From positions 32,001-96,000 of the IMG/VR virus record IMGVR_UViG_3300017716_001697: a stretch of 64,000 bases of DNA; one strand, given 5' to 3'. Origin of the DNA: a virus (Duplodnaviria; Caudoviricetes). The position numbers were made by a program, and so were the translations under genes. The notes beneath the pieces are model-generated. The model did not search any database. It was not told where the DNA came from and saw only the letters and a list, made by a program, of their open reading frames with translations. Of the stretch, positions 55,685 through 64,000 are shown piece after piece (position 1 is the first letter of the stretch; each line of letters starts with the position of its first letter).

Positions 55685-56746
55685 ATGATCATAGATATTC
55701 TTAAGAATGCAATTCTTGCCAACGTAGGCCCGTTAAAACAGGCGCCTAAGAACTGGCATAAACGAAATTGCATGTTGTGTCACACCCAAGGACACAGTCA
55801 TGATACTCGTCACAGATTTGGCATTCAATTCAATCCTAGCTCTATCGCACTGAATTGCTTTAATTGCGGATTCTCTGCAGGATATACAGAGGGTAAGGAT
55901 TTATCGAAGTCGTTTAAGTTTTTCTTAAGGCAAATAAATTTAGACGCAGACTTCATAAAGCAATTAGAATTTGAAATATTTAAACAGAAAAACAATATAA
56001 CATCGATACGCGAAGGCGATACTGCGGTAGTCGATATCGAAGCAAAGTTTAAGACATTATTTAGTAAGTGGAAACAAGTTCCACTACCGGCTGATTCTAT
56101 GCCTATCACTGCCTGGTTGAAAGAGGGACTAGACGACCCCGACTTCCTACAAGTTGTGGAATATGCATTAGCAAGAAAGATATATGATTTAGATAACTTT
56201 TATTGGTCACCGATACACGAACACAATTTAAATCATAGGCTGATTATACCGTATCAATACAGAAACAAAATTGTGGGATTTACCGCAAGACTTTCATATG
56301 ACACAGACGGGAAAGAAATTCCGAAGTACTATCAACAGTCACCCACTGACTTTGTCTACAATCTGGACCATCAACAGGACTGGATGCGTAAATACGTGAT
56401 TGTAAACGAAGGCGTATTAGATGCATGGACTACCGATGGTGTCGGTACGCTGGGCGAAATTAATCAGTCGAAGATCGATGTTATAAATAGATTACAAAAA
56501 GATGTCATTGTTTGTCCCGACCGAGACAAGAAGGGTTGGGATTTAGTTAAAGCAGCAATTGACAATGACTGGGCAGTATCTTATCCTAAATGGGAATTTG
56601 GAATAAAAGATGCAGCCAAGGCAACAGAAAAATATGGTAGATTGCTTACTACACATTCCATTATCGCTTCAGCAGTAGCCGGTAGAGAACATATAGAATT
56701 AAAATGGAAAATAGAACAAGCAGAACGTTCAAGAAGGATACGATGA
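55685..56746 (+). CDS. DNA primase (gp61-like)
   Basis: Zn motif CMLC...CFNCG; RLIIP, TOPRIM NEGVLDA and CPDRD..G, KDAA. Confidence 0.88.
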   Translation: MIIDILKNAILANVGPLKQAPKNWHKRNCMLCHTQGHSHDTRHRFGIQFNPSSIALNCFNCGFSAGYTEGKDLSKSFKFFLRQINLDADFIKQLEFEIFKQKNNITSIREGDTAVVDIEAKFKTLFSKWKQVPLPADSMPITAWLKEGLDDPDFLQVVEYALARKIYDLDNFYWSPIHEHNLNHRLIIPYQYRNKIVGFTARLSYDTDGKEIPKYYQQSPTDFVYNLDHQQDWMRKYVIVNEGVLDAWTTDGVGTLGEINQSKIDVINRLQKDVIVCPDRDKKGWDLVKAAIDNDWAVSYPKWEFGIKDAAKATEKYGRLLTTHSIIASAVAGREHIELKWKIEQAERSRRIR

Positions 56747-58194
56747 TTAAAGAAGAAACAAACGCAAGCGAAATTGACGATTACAGCAAGGATATTGAGG
56801 ATCTGTTTATTAGCTTCATGATGAGTAAGCCAGATCTGTTTGTTCGTTGTAAGGGTATTTTGAAATCAGCATACTTCGATGATAAACAGAATAGAGACAC
56901 TATTGCATTTATCGAATCGTACAGTGTAGACTTTTCCGACATTCCCTCACTGCATCAAATTAGGGCCGTAACTCATAAGGATGTTATGATTATGGAAGTT
57001 GATGCTGAAAAGCACGACGATTGGTTTCTTAGAGAGTTTGAAAAGTTTTGTAGACATAAGGCATTGCGTGATGCTATTTTAGCTTCACCAGAATTATTAG
57101 ATGAGGGCAGATATGGCGAAGTTGAGTCAACCATTAAGGCGGCAGTACAAATCGCACTGGTCAAGGATCTCGGAACGGACTATTACGAAAATCCAAAATC
57201 TAGACTCGAGGCGATCAGGGAAGGTAAGGGTCAGTGTTCCACAGGTTGGAAAACCGTAGATGAAAAATTATACGGCGGCCTAAACAAGGGCGAAATAACA
57301 ATTTTTGCAGGTCAGTCTGGTGCAGGAAAATCTTTGTTCTTACAAAATCTTGCAGTAAACTGGGCAATGGCCGGATTAAATGTTGTGTATATTTCGTTAG
57401 AACTTAGCGAAAAGCTTTCAGCTATGCGTATTGACGCTATGCATACAGGATATGAAACACGTGAAGTTATGCGTAACATCGATGATGTGCATATGAAGAT
57501 TCGAGCATCGCAGATGAAGAGCAAAGGTAGTTTGCGAATAAAGCAATTGCCGAATGGATGTACATCAAACGATATCAGAGCATTCCTTAAAGAATACGAA
57601 ATTCAGAAGGGTGTTACTGTTGACGCAATTTTAATCGATTATTTGGATCTGATGATGCCAATGAGTAAGAAGATTTCTGCTGAAAACTTGTTCGTTAAGG
57701 ACAAATATGTAACAGAAGAATTGCGTAACTTAGCTGTTGAATTAGATATTGTTACTGTTTCAGCATCGCAGTTAAATCGTGGCTCGTATGAAGAAATTGA
57801 ATTTGATCCAAGTCACATTGCAGGTGGTATTTCTAAAGTGAATACAGCCGACAACGTTATTGGCATCTTCACAAGTGCAGCAATGAAAGAAGGCGGCCGT
57901 TACCAAATTCAATTCATGAAGACACGTTCAAGTTCGGGTGTAGGATCTAAGGTAGATTTAGCATTCAACAATAAGAGTTTGCGTATATCGGATCTCGACG
58001 AAGATGAAGATAATGCTGTTCAGGCAACATCAAAAGGCATCTACGAACAATTAAAGAAGAAGAGTGTTATTAGATCCGGTGAGAAACTAGATACGAACAC
58101 GGGCGAAGTCACAAGTATAACACCTAGACCGACGAATAAGGTGGATGCGATAGAGGGAGCCGCCAGTCTTCGAGCTTTTCTTAAGAAACGTTAA
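56743..58194 (+). CDS. Replicative DNA helicase (gp41/DnaB-like)
   Basis: STGWK, AGQSGAGKS, ISLELSE, IDYLDL and SASQLNR motifs. Confidence 0.92.
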   Translation: MIKEETNASEIDDYSKDIEDLFISFMMSKPDLFVRCKGILKSAYFDDKQNRDTIAFIESYSVDFSDIPSLHQIRAVTHKDVMIMEVDAEKHDDWFLREFEKFCRHKALRDAILASPELLDEGRYGEVESTIKAAVQIALVKDLGTDYYENPKSRLEAIREGKGQCSTGWKTVDEKLYGGLNKGEITIFAGQSGAGKSLFLQNLAVNWAMAGLNVVYISLELSEKLSAMRIDAMHTGYETREVMRNIDDVHMKIRASQMKSKGSLRIKQLPNGCTSNDIRAFLKEYEIQKGVTVDAILIDYLDLMMPMSKKISAENLFVKDKYVTEELRNLAVELDIVTVSASQLNRGSYEEIEFDPSHIAGGISKVNTADNVIGIFTSAAMKEGGRYQIQFMKTRSSSGVGSKVDLAFNNKSLRISDLDEDEDNAVQATSKGIYEQLKKKSVIRSGEKLDTNTGEVTSITPRPTNKVDAIEGAASLRAFLKKR

Positions 58195-58230
58195 AAGTTG
58201 ATAAATAGTTGAATAACGGGAGATAGCGAA

Positions 58231-58515
58231 TTGTCCATTAATCGTAAGAGCCGATCCATTCTTGAGGAAATCAGTACATATGTTCCACAACGGAGCAAAG
58301 AAGATCTCATAGAAGCTAGGGCACAACATATTATAGTTTCTGCTATAAATCTACTTGAATCAATTGATGAAAGCTTTGACCCAGCTGCCGCAGAGATGCT
58401 GAAGAAACGCTTTGTTTCTAGCATCCGCGGCTCAGATCCCAATAGATTCACACGCATGGTAAAGCGTATTAAATTTGGTGACGATATTTTTGAGGCCAAT
58501 GATGGCGGCACCTGA
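58231..58515 (+). CDS. Hypothetical late protein
   Basis: TTG start after GGGAG; late promoter at 58200. Confidence 0.7.
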   Translation: MSINRKSRSILEEISTYVPQRSKEDLIEARAQHIIVSAINLLESIDESFDPAAAEMLKKRFVSSIRGSDPNRFTRMVKRIKFGDDIFEANDGGT

Positions 58516-59680
58516 ACTCACCAAGGGCTGGATACAATACCTTAAAAATAATCAGATTGTTGCTATGCAATCTGAACCATCCACCGGCAAATTAAAATAC
58601 AATCGAAAAGTAACGGCAGACGATGTAAGACACTTCTTGCAGAACAATACACAATTTGACAAGGCAGCTATAGATAAGGCACTGGCGTCAGTAAAACCGA
58701 AGACCACCTTACCTGCAACACAGCAACCTAATCAGCCAGCTGCCGGTACGCCACAACAAGGTCAACAGGCTAATCAGCCCGGACAACCACAACAGCCACC
58801 CAAGAAACAATACGACAATTCTGATGCACAGGACGTCGAGCCACGCTATGGCCCACGCCCGACATTACCTGCACCACGTAGACCAACACTGCCTGCACCA
58901 AAGCGCCCTGTAAAAGAAGCTCTAGTTGATGATTCGGGGCCAGAGATAAGCGAAGATGATGTAGAAGGTATATTCGATATGCTATCTGCTGGCGAAGCTA
59001 AACCCGAAGGTGAAGAAACTGCCCCGGCACCTGCACCAGATCGTCGAGGTGAAATTAATAAACTGAAGCGTGTTATCCGTGATCAGATGACTGAGGCACA
59101 GAGAAGATCACTTTGGGCCGCGTTAACTGATACAACAGACGCACCGCCCACACCTGAAACTGTTACTGAAAGTGAAGTAACAGGCCCAGAAATAAATGCA
59201 ATATTCAAATCGGCGGTCGAATTAAGAAATAAACCTAAATCTAAATGGGAATTTTTCAAGAAAGATAAACAACCTGTTAGCATAGAAGATTTAAAGCGCG
59301 AGTACGAAAAAGATAGACCTGATGATCTCCGAGACATACAACACATGTTAAAGAACATGGGATATGACGAGAAAGAAATAAACAAAGTCTTTAGCGATGT
59401 CTTTGGTGCAGACGATGAAGGAAGTCATAATACACCGTCAGCGAGCCCTACTATTCTCAAGATTGCGAAGTATGCAAAAGACAATAACATGGCTGAAGAG
59501 CTTGTTGCATTTATGCGTAAAGAATATCCAGAGGTATTTAGAGAGTCTGCACATCCTAGGAAAGTTATGATCAGGGACATAGAAAGGATCTTCAAAGGCA
59601 TCGTTAAAGAGAATCGCAACGGATTAATTAAGACAAACCAGGTTAACGAATATAACAGATTAGGTAGGAATAGAAAATGA
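58499..59680 (+). CDS. Hypothetical protein with Pro/Gln-rich linker
   Basis: Long ORF. Confidence 0.7.
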   Translation: MMAAPELTKGWIQYLKNNQIVAMQSEPSTGKLKYNRKVTADDVRHFLQNNTQFDKAAIDKALASVKPKTTLPATQQPNQPAAGTPQQGQQANQPGQPQQPPKKQYDNSDAQDVEPRYGPRPTLPAPRRPTLPAPKRPVKEALVDDSGPEISEDDVEGIFDMLSAGEAKPEGEETAPAPAPDRRGEINKLKRVIRDQMTEAQRRSLWAALTDTTDAPPTPETVTESEVTGPEINAIFKSAVELRNKPKSKWEFFKKDKQPVSIEDLKREYEKDRPDDLRDIQHMLKNMGYDEKEINKVFSDVFGADDEGSHNTPSASPTILKIAKYAKDNNMAEELVAFMRKEYPEVFRESAHPRKVMIRDIERIFKGIVKENRNGLIKTNQVNEYNRLGRNRK

Positions 59681-59898
59681 GGATGGATGAAGTAGTCACA
59701 TTAAATGATGTGTTGAAAGCTGATCAGTACATAACTTTATTACGCAGGCTAAAATCTCATGCCAACAATGATATAAATGTAACACGTATCAAGAATCGTG
59801 TTATACAGTCATGGAAAAAAGGCATGAAGTCCCGTAAGCACTACGATGATCTTCTGGGATCAATTAATATAAACATAAATGACCTTATTAAGAAATAA
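59677..59898 (+). CDS. Hypothetical protein
   Basis: ATGA-coupled ORF. Confidence 0.65.
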   Translation: MRMDEVVTLNDVLKADQYITLLRRLKSHANNDINVTRIKNRVIQSWKKGMKSRKHYDDLLGSINININDLIKK

Positions 59899-59977
59899 TA
59901 TAGTGGTTATTAACGGTAAATGATAAATAAAGTTATGAATAGGACAATCCTATCACAAATTAAGGAGTAATTTTATT

Positions 59978-60559
59978 ATGACAACAAAAGTAAATGGCGC
60001 CGCATATCCAGGCGTGTGGGTTGAACGTAAAGTAGCGTTTGCCAAGATCGTTTTTAGCCAAGACATCTCTACAGTTGATGCAGCAGATTTAGTGGTACTT
60101 GGTACAGCTACACCAGCTGGTGCAGGTACTGTTGCTGATTCTACATTCGGCGTAGTTGAAAGCGCAGTTGTGCAGGCTCTTAAGACACTTGAAACAAAGG
60201 CAACAGTTCTTGCAGTAAGCAAGTATGATGCAGCTTCTTTCACAGTCGACGTAATGTTAGGTAGTTCCGAAGGTTGGTTCTCTGATGCCGCTGGTATCAT
60301 TGCTACAGGTCTTCCTGTTCTTAATGCTCAAGCAGTTGTTACAACTGCTGGTGCAGCACCAACAGCTACTCTTGGCGCTTTGGTCGGTGTTACTGCTTCG
60401 GCAATCACATTTGACATCAAGTTTGCAGCATTCAACGGTACAATGCCAGTCGGTACATTAGCTAATGGTACATTAGCAATGGGTCCTGGTGCTACTTCTG
60501 GTGCTACACCAACTAACAGCCCAACAGGCACACCTGGATACTATCCAGCACCTATCTAA
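59978..60559 (+). CDS. Virion structural protein (MTTKVNG family)
   Basis: AAGGAG RBS, late promoter at 59922; Ala/Gly/Thr-rich. Confidence 0.75.
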   Translation: MTTKVNGAAYPGVWVERKVAFAKIVFSQDISTVDAADLVVLGTATPAGAGTVADSTFGVVESAVVQALKTLETKATVLAVSKYDAASFTVDVMLGSSEGWFSDAAGIIATGLPVLNAQAVVTTAGAAPTATLGALVGVTASAITFDIKFAAFNGTMPVGTLANGTLAMGPGATSGATPTNSPTGTPGYYPAPI

Positions 60560-60579
60560 TTTAAACATTAGGTTAAACG

Positions 60580-60604
60580 AAAGCACTCTTAGGGGTGCTT
60601 TTTT
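60580..60604 (+). terminator. Rho-independent terminator
   Basis: AAGCACTC-TTAG-GGGTGCTT-TTTT. Confidence 0.75.
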
Positions 60605-60660
60605 ATTGGCGGAAAGATTTGTTATATGATAAATACATGCAATTGTAGGAGATTACAAAA

Positions 60661-61173
60661 ATGACAACAAAGGTAAACGGCGGCATCATTAATGGACAAA
60701 CATTAACAGGAAGCCTTAGATATTTTAAAATGACAGGCCCATTTGCTTGGACTGTTTCGGACGGGTCGGTAAACTTACCAGTGTCCGTTTCGGGTGGTAA
60801 TATAACAGCCACTACATATTTCGAAGTGGGTAATGATAAGCCTGTTCCTAACAGTGCTGCTGAATTAGCAATGCGCGAATTATCTAAGCAATGTGACATC
60901 ACTATTATTTCTTGCCAACCTGCACTTTATGGTGCAACAACACAAATTCACTTTGCATGTTCTGCATCTGCGTTTGGATGGGGTGTGACACCTATCGGCG
61001 TACCAGAAGATCCACTTCTTGCAGCAGTAGAAATGCAGGCAGCAGTTAGATCTTTAGGCAACCAAACTGTTTATGTATCTGTTGGTGCAGCCAATCAGGC
61101 AACACCACCAGTAACAGCGGTGGCTAATATGAATGCGGTAGTGATTGCAGAAGTTCCGTTTAAATTAGCATAA
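60661..61173 (+). CDS. Virion structural protein (MTTKVNG family)
   Basis: Same N-terminus as 59978; late promoter at 60628. Confidence 0.75.
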   Translation: MTTKVNGGIINGQTLTGSLRYFKMTGPFAWTVSDGSVNLPVSVSGGNITATTYFEVGNDKPVPNSAAELAMRELSKQCDITIISCQPALYGATTQIHFACSASAFGWGVTPIGVPEDPLLAAVEMQAAVRSLGNQTVYVSVGAANQATPPVTAVANMNAVVIAEVPFKLA

Positions 61174-61189
61174 TATCCGAAGGATTAAC

Positions 61190-61690
61190 ATGCCAATTCA
61201 AATACATGGAGCAGCTAGTGCTATGCAGAATCTTACTGCTGATTTGCAGTATTATATCTGCTATGCATCTTCTCCGGGTGCATTCACTGATCCTAATCCA
61301 AATCCACCAGTTTCTCAAGAGCTTGCAAGGCTTGTGAACATACAGGTTACTGGGAATCCTTTAGACGAAAGTCAGAAGAATTTTGAAGTATTGCTGATGT
61401 CCATCGGTCTTAGAGCAATGCCAGTAACACTTGCTGATCCGGTGGCTGTAATTCAGCTAGCTGATTATACACTAGAATTATCGGGTGAAGGGTTTATCTG
61501 GAAGTTTGCTGTAGAACGCGGAGTACAGTTCTATAATTTCACACCCTACGGTGAACCAGGGCCAGTTGGTCTTCTAGTTGACGATTTAGATGGTGTGATA
61601 TTGCCTAGTGGCGTCAGAGTAACAACAGTCAATGGTAGTCCTACAGGGTGGGCTAAGAACATTGCATTTTCACGGACCGGATCTATATGA
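61190..61690 (+). CDS. Putative virion protein
   Basis: AAGGA RBS; clustered with the previous two genes. Confidence 0.7.
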   Translation: MPIQIHGAASAMQNLTADLQYYICYASSPGAFTDPNPNPPVSQELARLVNIQVTGNPLDESQKNFEVLLMSIGLRAMPVTLADPVAVIQLADYTLELSGEGFIWKFAVERGVQFYNFTPYGEPGPVGLLVDDLDGVILPSGVRVTTVNGSPTGWAKNIAFSRTGSI

Positions 61691-62448
61691 AATTAAAGAA
61701 TGACCCGACAATTGCAAATCTTATGCATGACAATGTCGTTGAGAAATTAGCTAAAATAAAAGGTATTTCGTTAGATGAATCTCGCGATACCGTTAGTAGT
61801 ATGTCTTTCAGCCAGTATCATGAATTATGTGAAGCTAGCGCAGATATTCCGGCACCGTCCGGCCAGACAATTAGCCCTTCAGCAGCCGCACCTGCAACAC
61901 AACAACAGCCACAGGGAAAGCAGAGAATGTTTGTGCCCGGCCAACCAGTATTACCTGGTATGACAGTGGGTGTAAATGATGCCACTGGACGCAATAGAGT
62001 TCCTGGCACTGTTTCTAATGTAGACAAAGCAACCAATACAGTAAAGGTAATGGATCCTAAGACTGGGCAAACTACTACACACGGTATCAATGATTTAGGC
62101 GCAATTGCAGCAAAAGCCACAGTACAGCCTAATCAACAGGTAAGTCAGCAGGTAGGCCAACAAATGGCTGAAGAATTATCTAGATTAAGACAATTAGCAG
62201 GCATCGCCGAAGATGCGAGTTGTGGAGCAAGTGGTGCTGGCGGTATCGCAACAGCACCAATGCCGATGGGTAAGGTCAAACGTAGACAACCAGTTGAAGA
62301 AGTACAAGCTAAGGAATACACACCTACTGTAGCCAAGACGGTAGTTGGAGATACAAAACCTAGTCAGGCATCTGGCGAATTGTCGTCTACATTAGCTGCT
62401 AATGGAAAGAAGACAGCATCAAGGATCAACAACGGATTTAAGAAATAA
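61687..62448 (+). CDS. Hypothetical head-associated protein
   Basis: Contains ELSRLRQLAGI motif and an SH3-like segment. Confidence 0.65.
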   Translation: MKLKNDPTIANLMHDNVVEKLAKIKGISLDESRDTVSSMSFSQYHELCEASADIPAPSGQTISPSAAAPATQQQPQGKQRMFVPGQPVLPGMTVGVNDATGRNRVPGTVSNVDKATNTVKVMDPKTGQTTTHGINDLGAIAAKATVQPNQQVSQQVGQQMAEELSRLRQLAGIAEDASCGASGAGGIATAPMPMGKVKRRQPVEEVQAKEYTPTVAKTVVGDTKPSQASGELSSTLAANGKKTASRINNGFKK

Positions 62449-62897
62449 TGAATCGTGTAGAGCTTATAGAAAAATTAGATAAGGCAACAGATCGTGCTGC
62501 TGATTTAGCAATTCAGCGCGGTATGCCTATATCCAGTAATAAATCTAGCATGTGGGTAGGTAGCACACTCGTCAAGAAGAACACTAACGGGTTCTACGAT
62601 ATATTTTCGTTAGACAAGAAGGTATTGTTTAAAGACATTGCTGTGTTCGACATAGCAACAATTATTGCACAACGATATTCATCCGGTGAATTCAAGACGA
62701 TAGAAACAATTCTTGTATTAGAGAATAAATATTCTAAGTATCATACTGATATGTTACATTACCTACATTGCATGAAGGGCGCCAAGAAGCGCCACGATTA
62801 TGACACTATGGCGATATTAGAAGATAAATTTCAAATAACAGAGATCAGGGCTAAGAACACACGGGATAATATCTCTATCTTCAAAAGAGTTAAATAG
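62448..62897 (+). CDS. Hypothetical protein
   Basis: TAATG-coupled ORF. Confidence 0.7.
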   Translation: MNRVELIEKLDKATDRAADLAIQRGMPISSNKSSMWVGSTLVKKNTNGFYDIFSLDKKVLFKDIAVFDIATIIAQRYSSGEFKTIETILVLENKYSKYHTDMLHYLHCMKGAKKRHDYDTMAILEDKFQITEIRAKNTRDNISIFKRVK

Positions 62898-62947
62898 CCA
62901 ATCAGAATGATAAATACTAGAAATAAAACTTAACAGGAACGGTTTAT

Positions 62948-64000
62948 ATGCTTTTGAACGATATAGGTAGTGCTCATACTACTACACTTAAGAAAATTAA
63001 TCAGCATCTTGAATCAAATTATGGATTCAAGATTACTGAGGATTCTAAAGATAAAGACCTTGTTGTTATCATGGAAACAATCCAGGATGAGATCAATGAT
63101 CTAAAGATTAAAGGCGACGATGCTAGAAGCTCGCCAGAGATTTCTAAACGATTACTTGTGCTAGAGGGGTTAAAGACTCTTCGTGAATTCGCAATATTAC
63201 AATTTCAATCACCAAAATTAGAACCACTCATATCTGTATTATCAAACAAGCTAGTTGCAGAATTTAGTAAGAGTGGTAGAAGCATGTCTGATTTCGAATC
63301 AGAGTTGCGTACAATAATGAATGCATATCGCTCAAGCGAATTTAGGTTCGACGATAATTTTATCGAACAACGTGTTAAAGATGCAGCATTAGCACAATTA
63401 CAATCTAATGATGAAATTGACGATATTGCAGCAACGACCTTGGCTGGCCCCGAGCAAACGTTAGGTGAAGAAATAACAGACGAGGCTAATGTTGCTGCTC
63501 AGCACGCACGCGCCGGAGAAAACGAATGGGCAAGGGATTTGTCCAATTCATCTGCACAGCAAACAAAAGCTAAGCCTGAATCAGATGTACCAATGATTCG
63601 TGATAAACATGGCCGTATGGTGCCAGACCCATTTGCTGCACATGCAGCCGCAAGAAAAAAAGGAATTGCAATGAAAGAAAATACAAATTTAGTAAAGCAC
63701 CTACGCCAACTTCTTGAAACAGAAGTAAGCCAGGCAGAAGTAATGATGGCTGCAAAGGGATTCGCACAAGAATTGCAGGAAATGGTTGAAAAGATTGGAC
63801 GTCTACAGAACGAAGATCTTCCACCAGTTACTGACCAGATGCGCGAAACATACGGTATGGAATCTGCATCAGCATTCCAGACTCAAATTTACGGTGCGTT
63901 ACAGAGTGTTATGGATGCATTATACACTGCAAAGGGTCAGGTTGACGATGCAGTAGGTAATATGGCTTCCACAGGTCAGGTTACAGCATCGGTTGATATG
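62948..64000 (+). CDS. Putative prohead core/scaffold-like protein (3' partial)
   Basis: Late promoter at 62909, AGGA RBS; frame runs off the window; helical, with LLETEVSQAEVMMAAK. Confidence 0.6.
   Translation, partial: MLLNDIGSAHTTTLKKINQHLESNYGFKITEDSKDKDLVVIMETIQDEINDLKIKGDDARSSPEISKRLLVLEGLKTLREFAILQFQSPKLEPLISVLSNKLVAEFSKSGRSMSDFESELRTIMNAYRSSEFRFDDNFIEQRVKDAALAQLQSNDEIDDIAATTLAGPEQTLGEEITDEANVAAQHARAGENEWARDLSNSSAQQTKAKPESDVPMIRDKHGRMVPDPFAAHAAARKKGIAMKENTNLVKHLRQLLETEVSQAEVMMAAKGFAQELQEMVEKIGRLQNEDLPPVTDQMRETYGMESASAFQTQIYGALQSVMDALYTAKGQVDDAVGNMASTGQVTASVDM

Noticed and set aside
54725-56746. The TAG at 55628-55630 is in frame with the primase ATG across 18 sense codons, suggesting amber read-through fusion
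   Set aside because: The spacer is a perfect sigma70 promoter for primase, the two proteins are functionally unrelated, and such an open spacer can easily occur by chance.
42805-58194. Inteins or introns in terminase, UvsX, UvsW, primase or helicase
   Set aside because: Protein lengths are ordinary and no intein splice motifs or ORF interruptions were seen.

Overview
This window is a gene-dense, AT-rich segment of a large (jumbo-type) myovirus genome, coded almost entirely on the + strand. About 0.3-32 kb is an accessory region with 13 canonical-fold tRNA genes, translation and RNA-repair functions (two PTH2-fold proteins, an RNA ligase, a TROVE/Ro60-like DUF2828-vWA protein, a cyclic-phosphate receiver, a DEDD exonuclease), denV, parvulin, QueC-like, TAXI-binding, BLUF-like and rIIA/rIIB-like genes, plus many structured intergenic RNAs. 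About 32-64 kb is the T4-like core: neck, dNMP kinase, sheath, tube, terminase, gp32, UvsX/Y/W, a stand-alone DNA Pol III alpha fragment, primase, helicase and virion proteins. The most notable signal surrounds the Ro-like gene. Upstream lie six RNA units sharing one closing architecture (covarying 6-7 bp stem + NNNC(A/C)GCA ... stem + TG). One unit carries a circularly permuted, YrlA-like tRNA mimic and one sits next to the gene's ribosome-binding site. Directly downstream is a roughly 230-nt structured RNA containing a close copy of the 23S rRNA L11-binding (H43) segment. All product names come from recognising motifs by eye; no database searches or folding programs were run.
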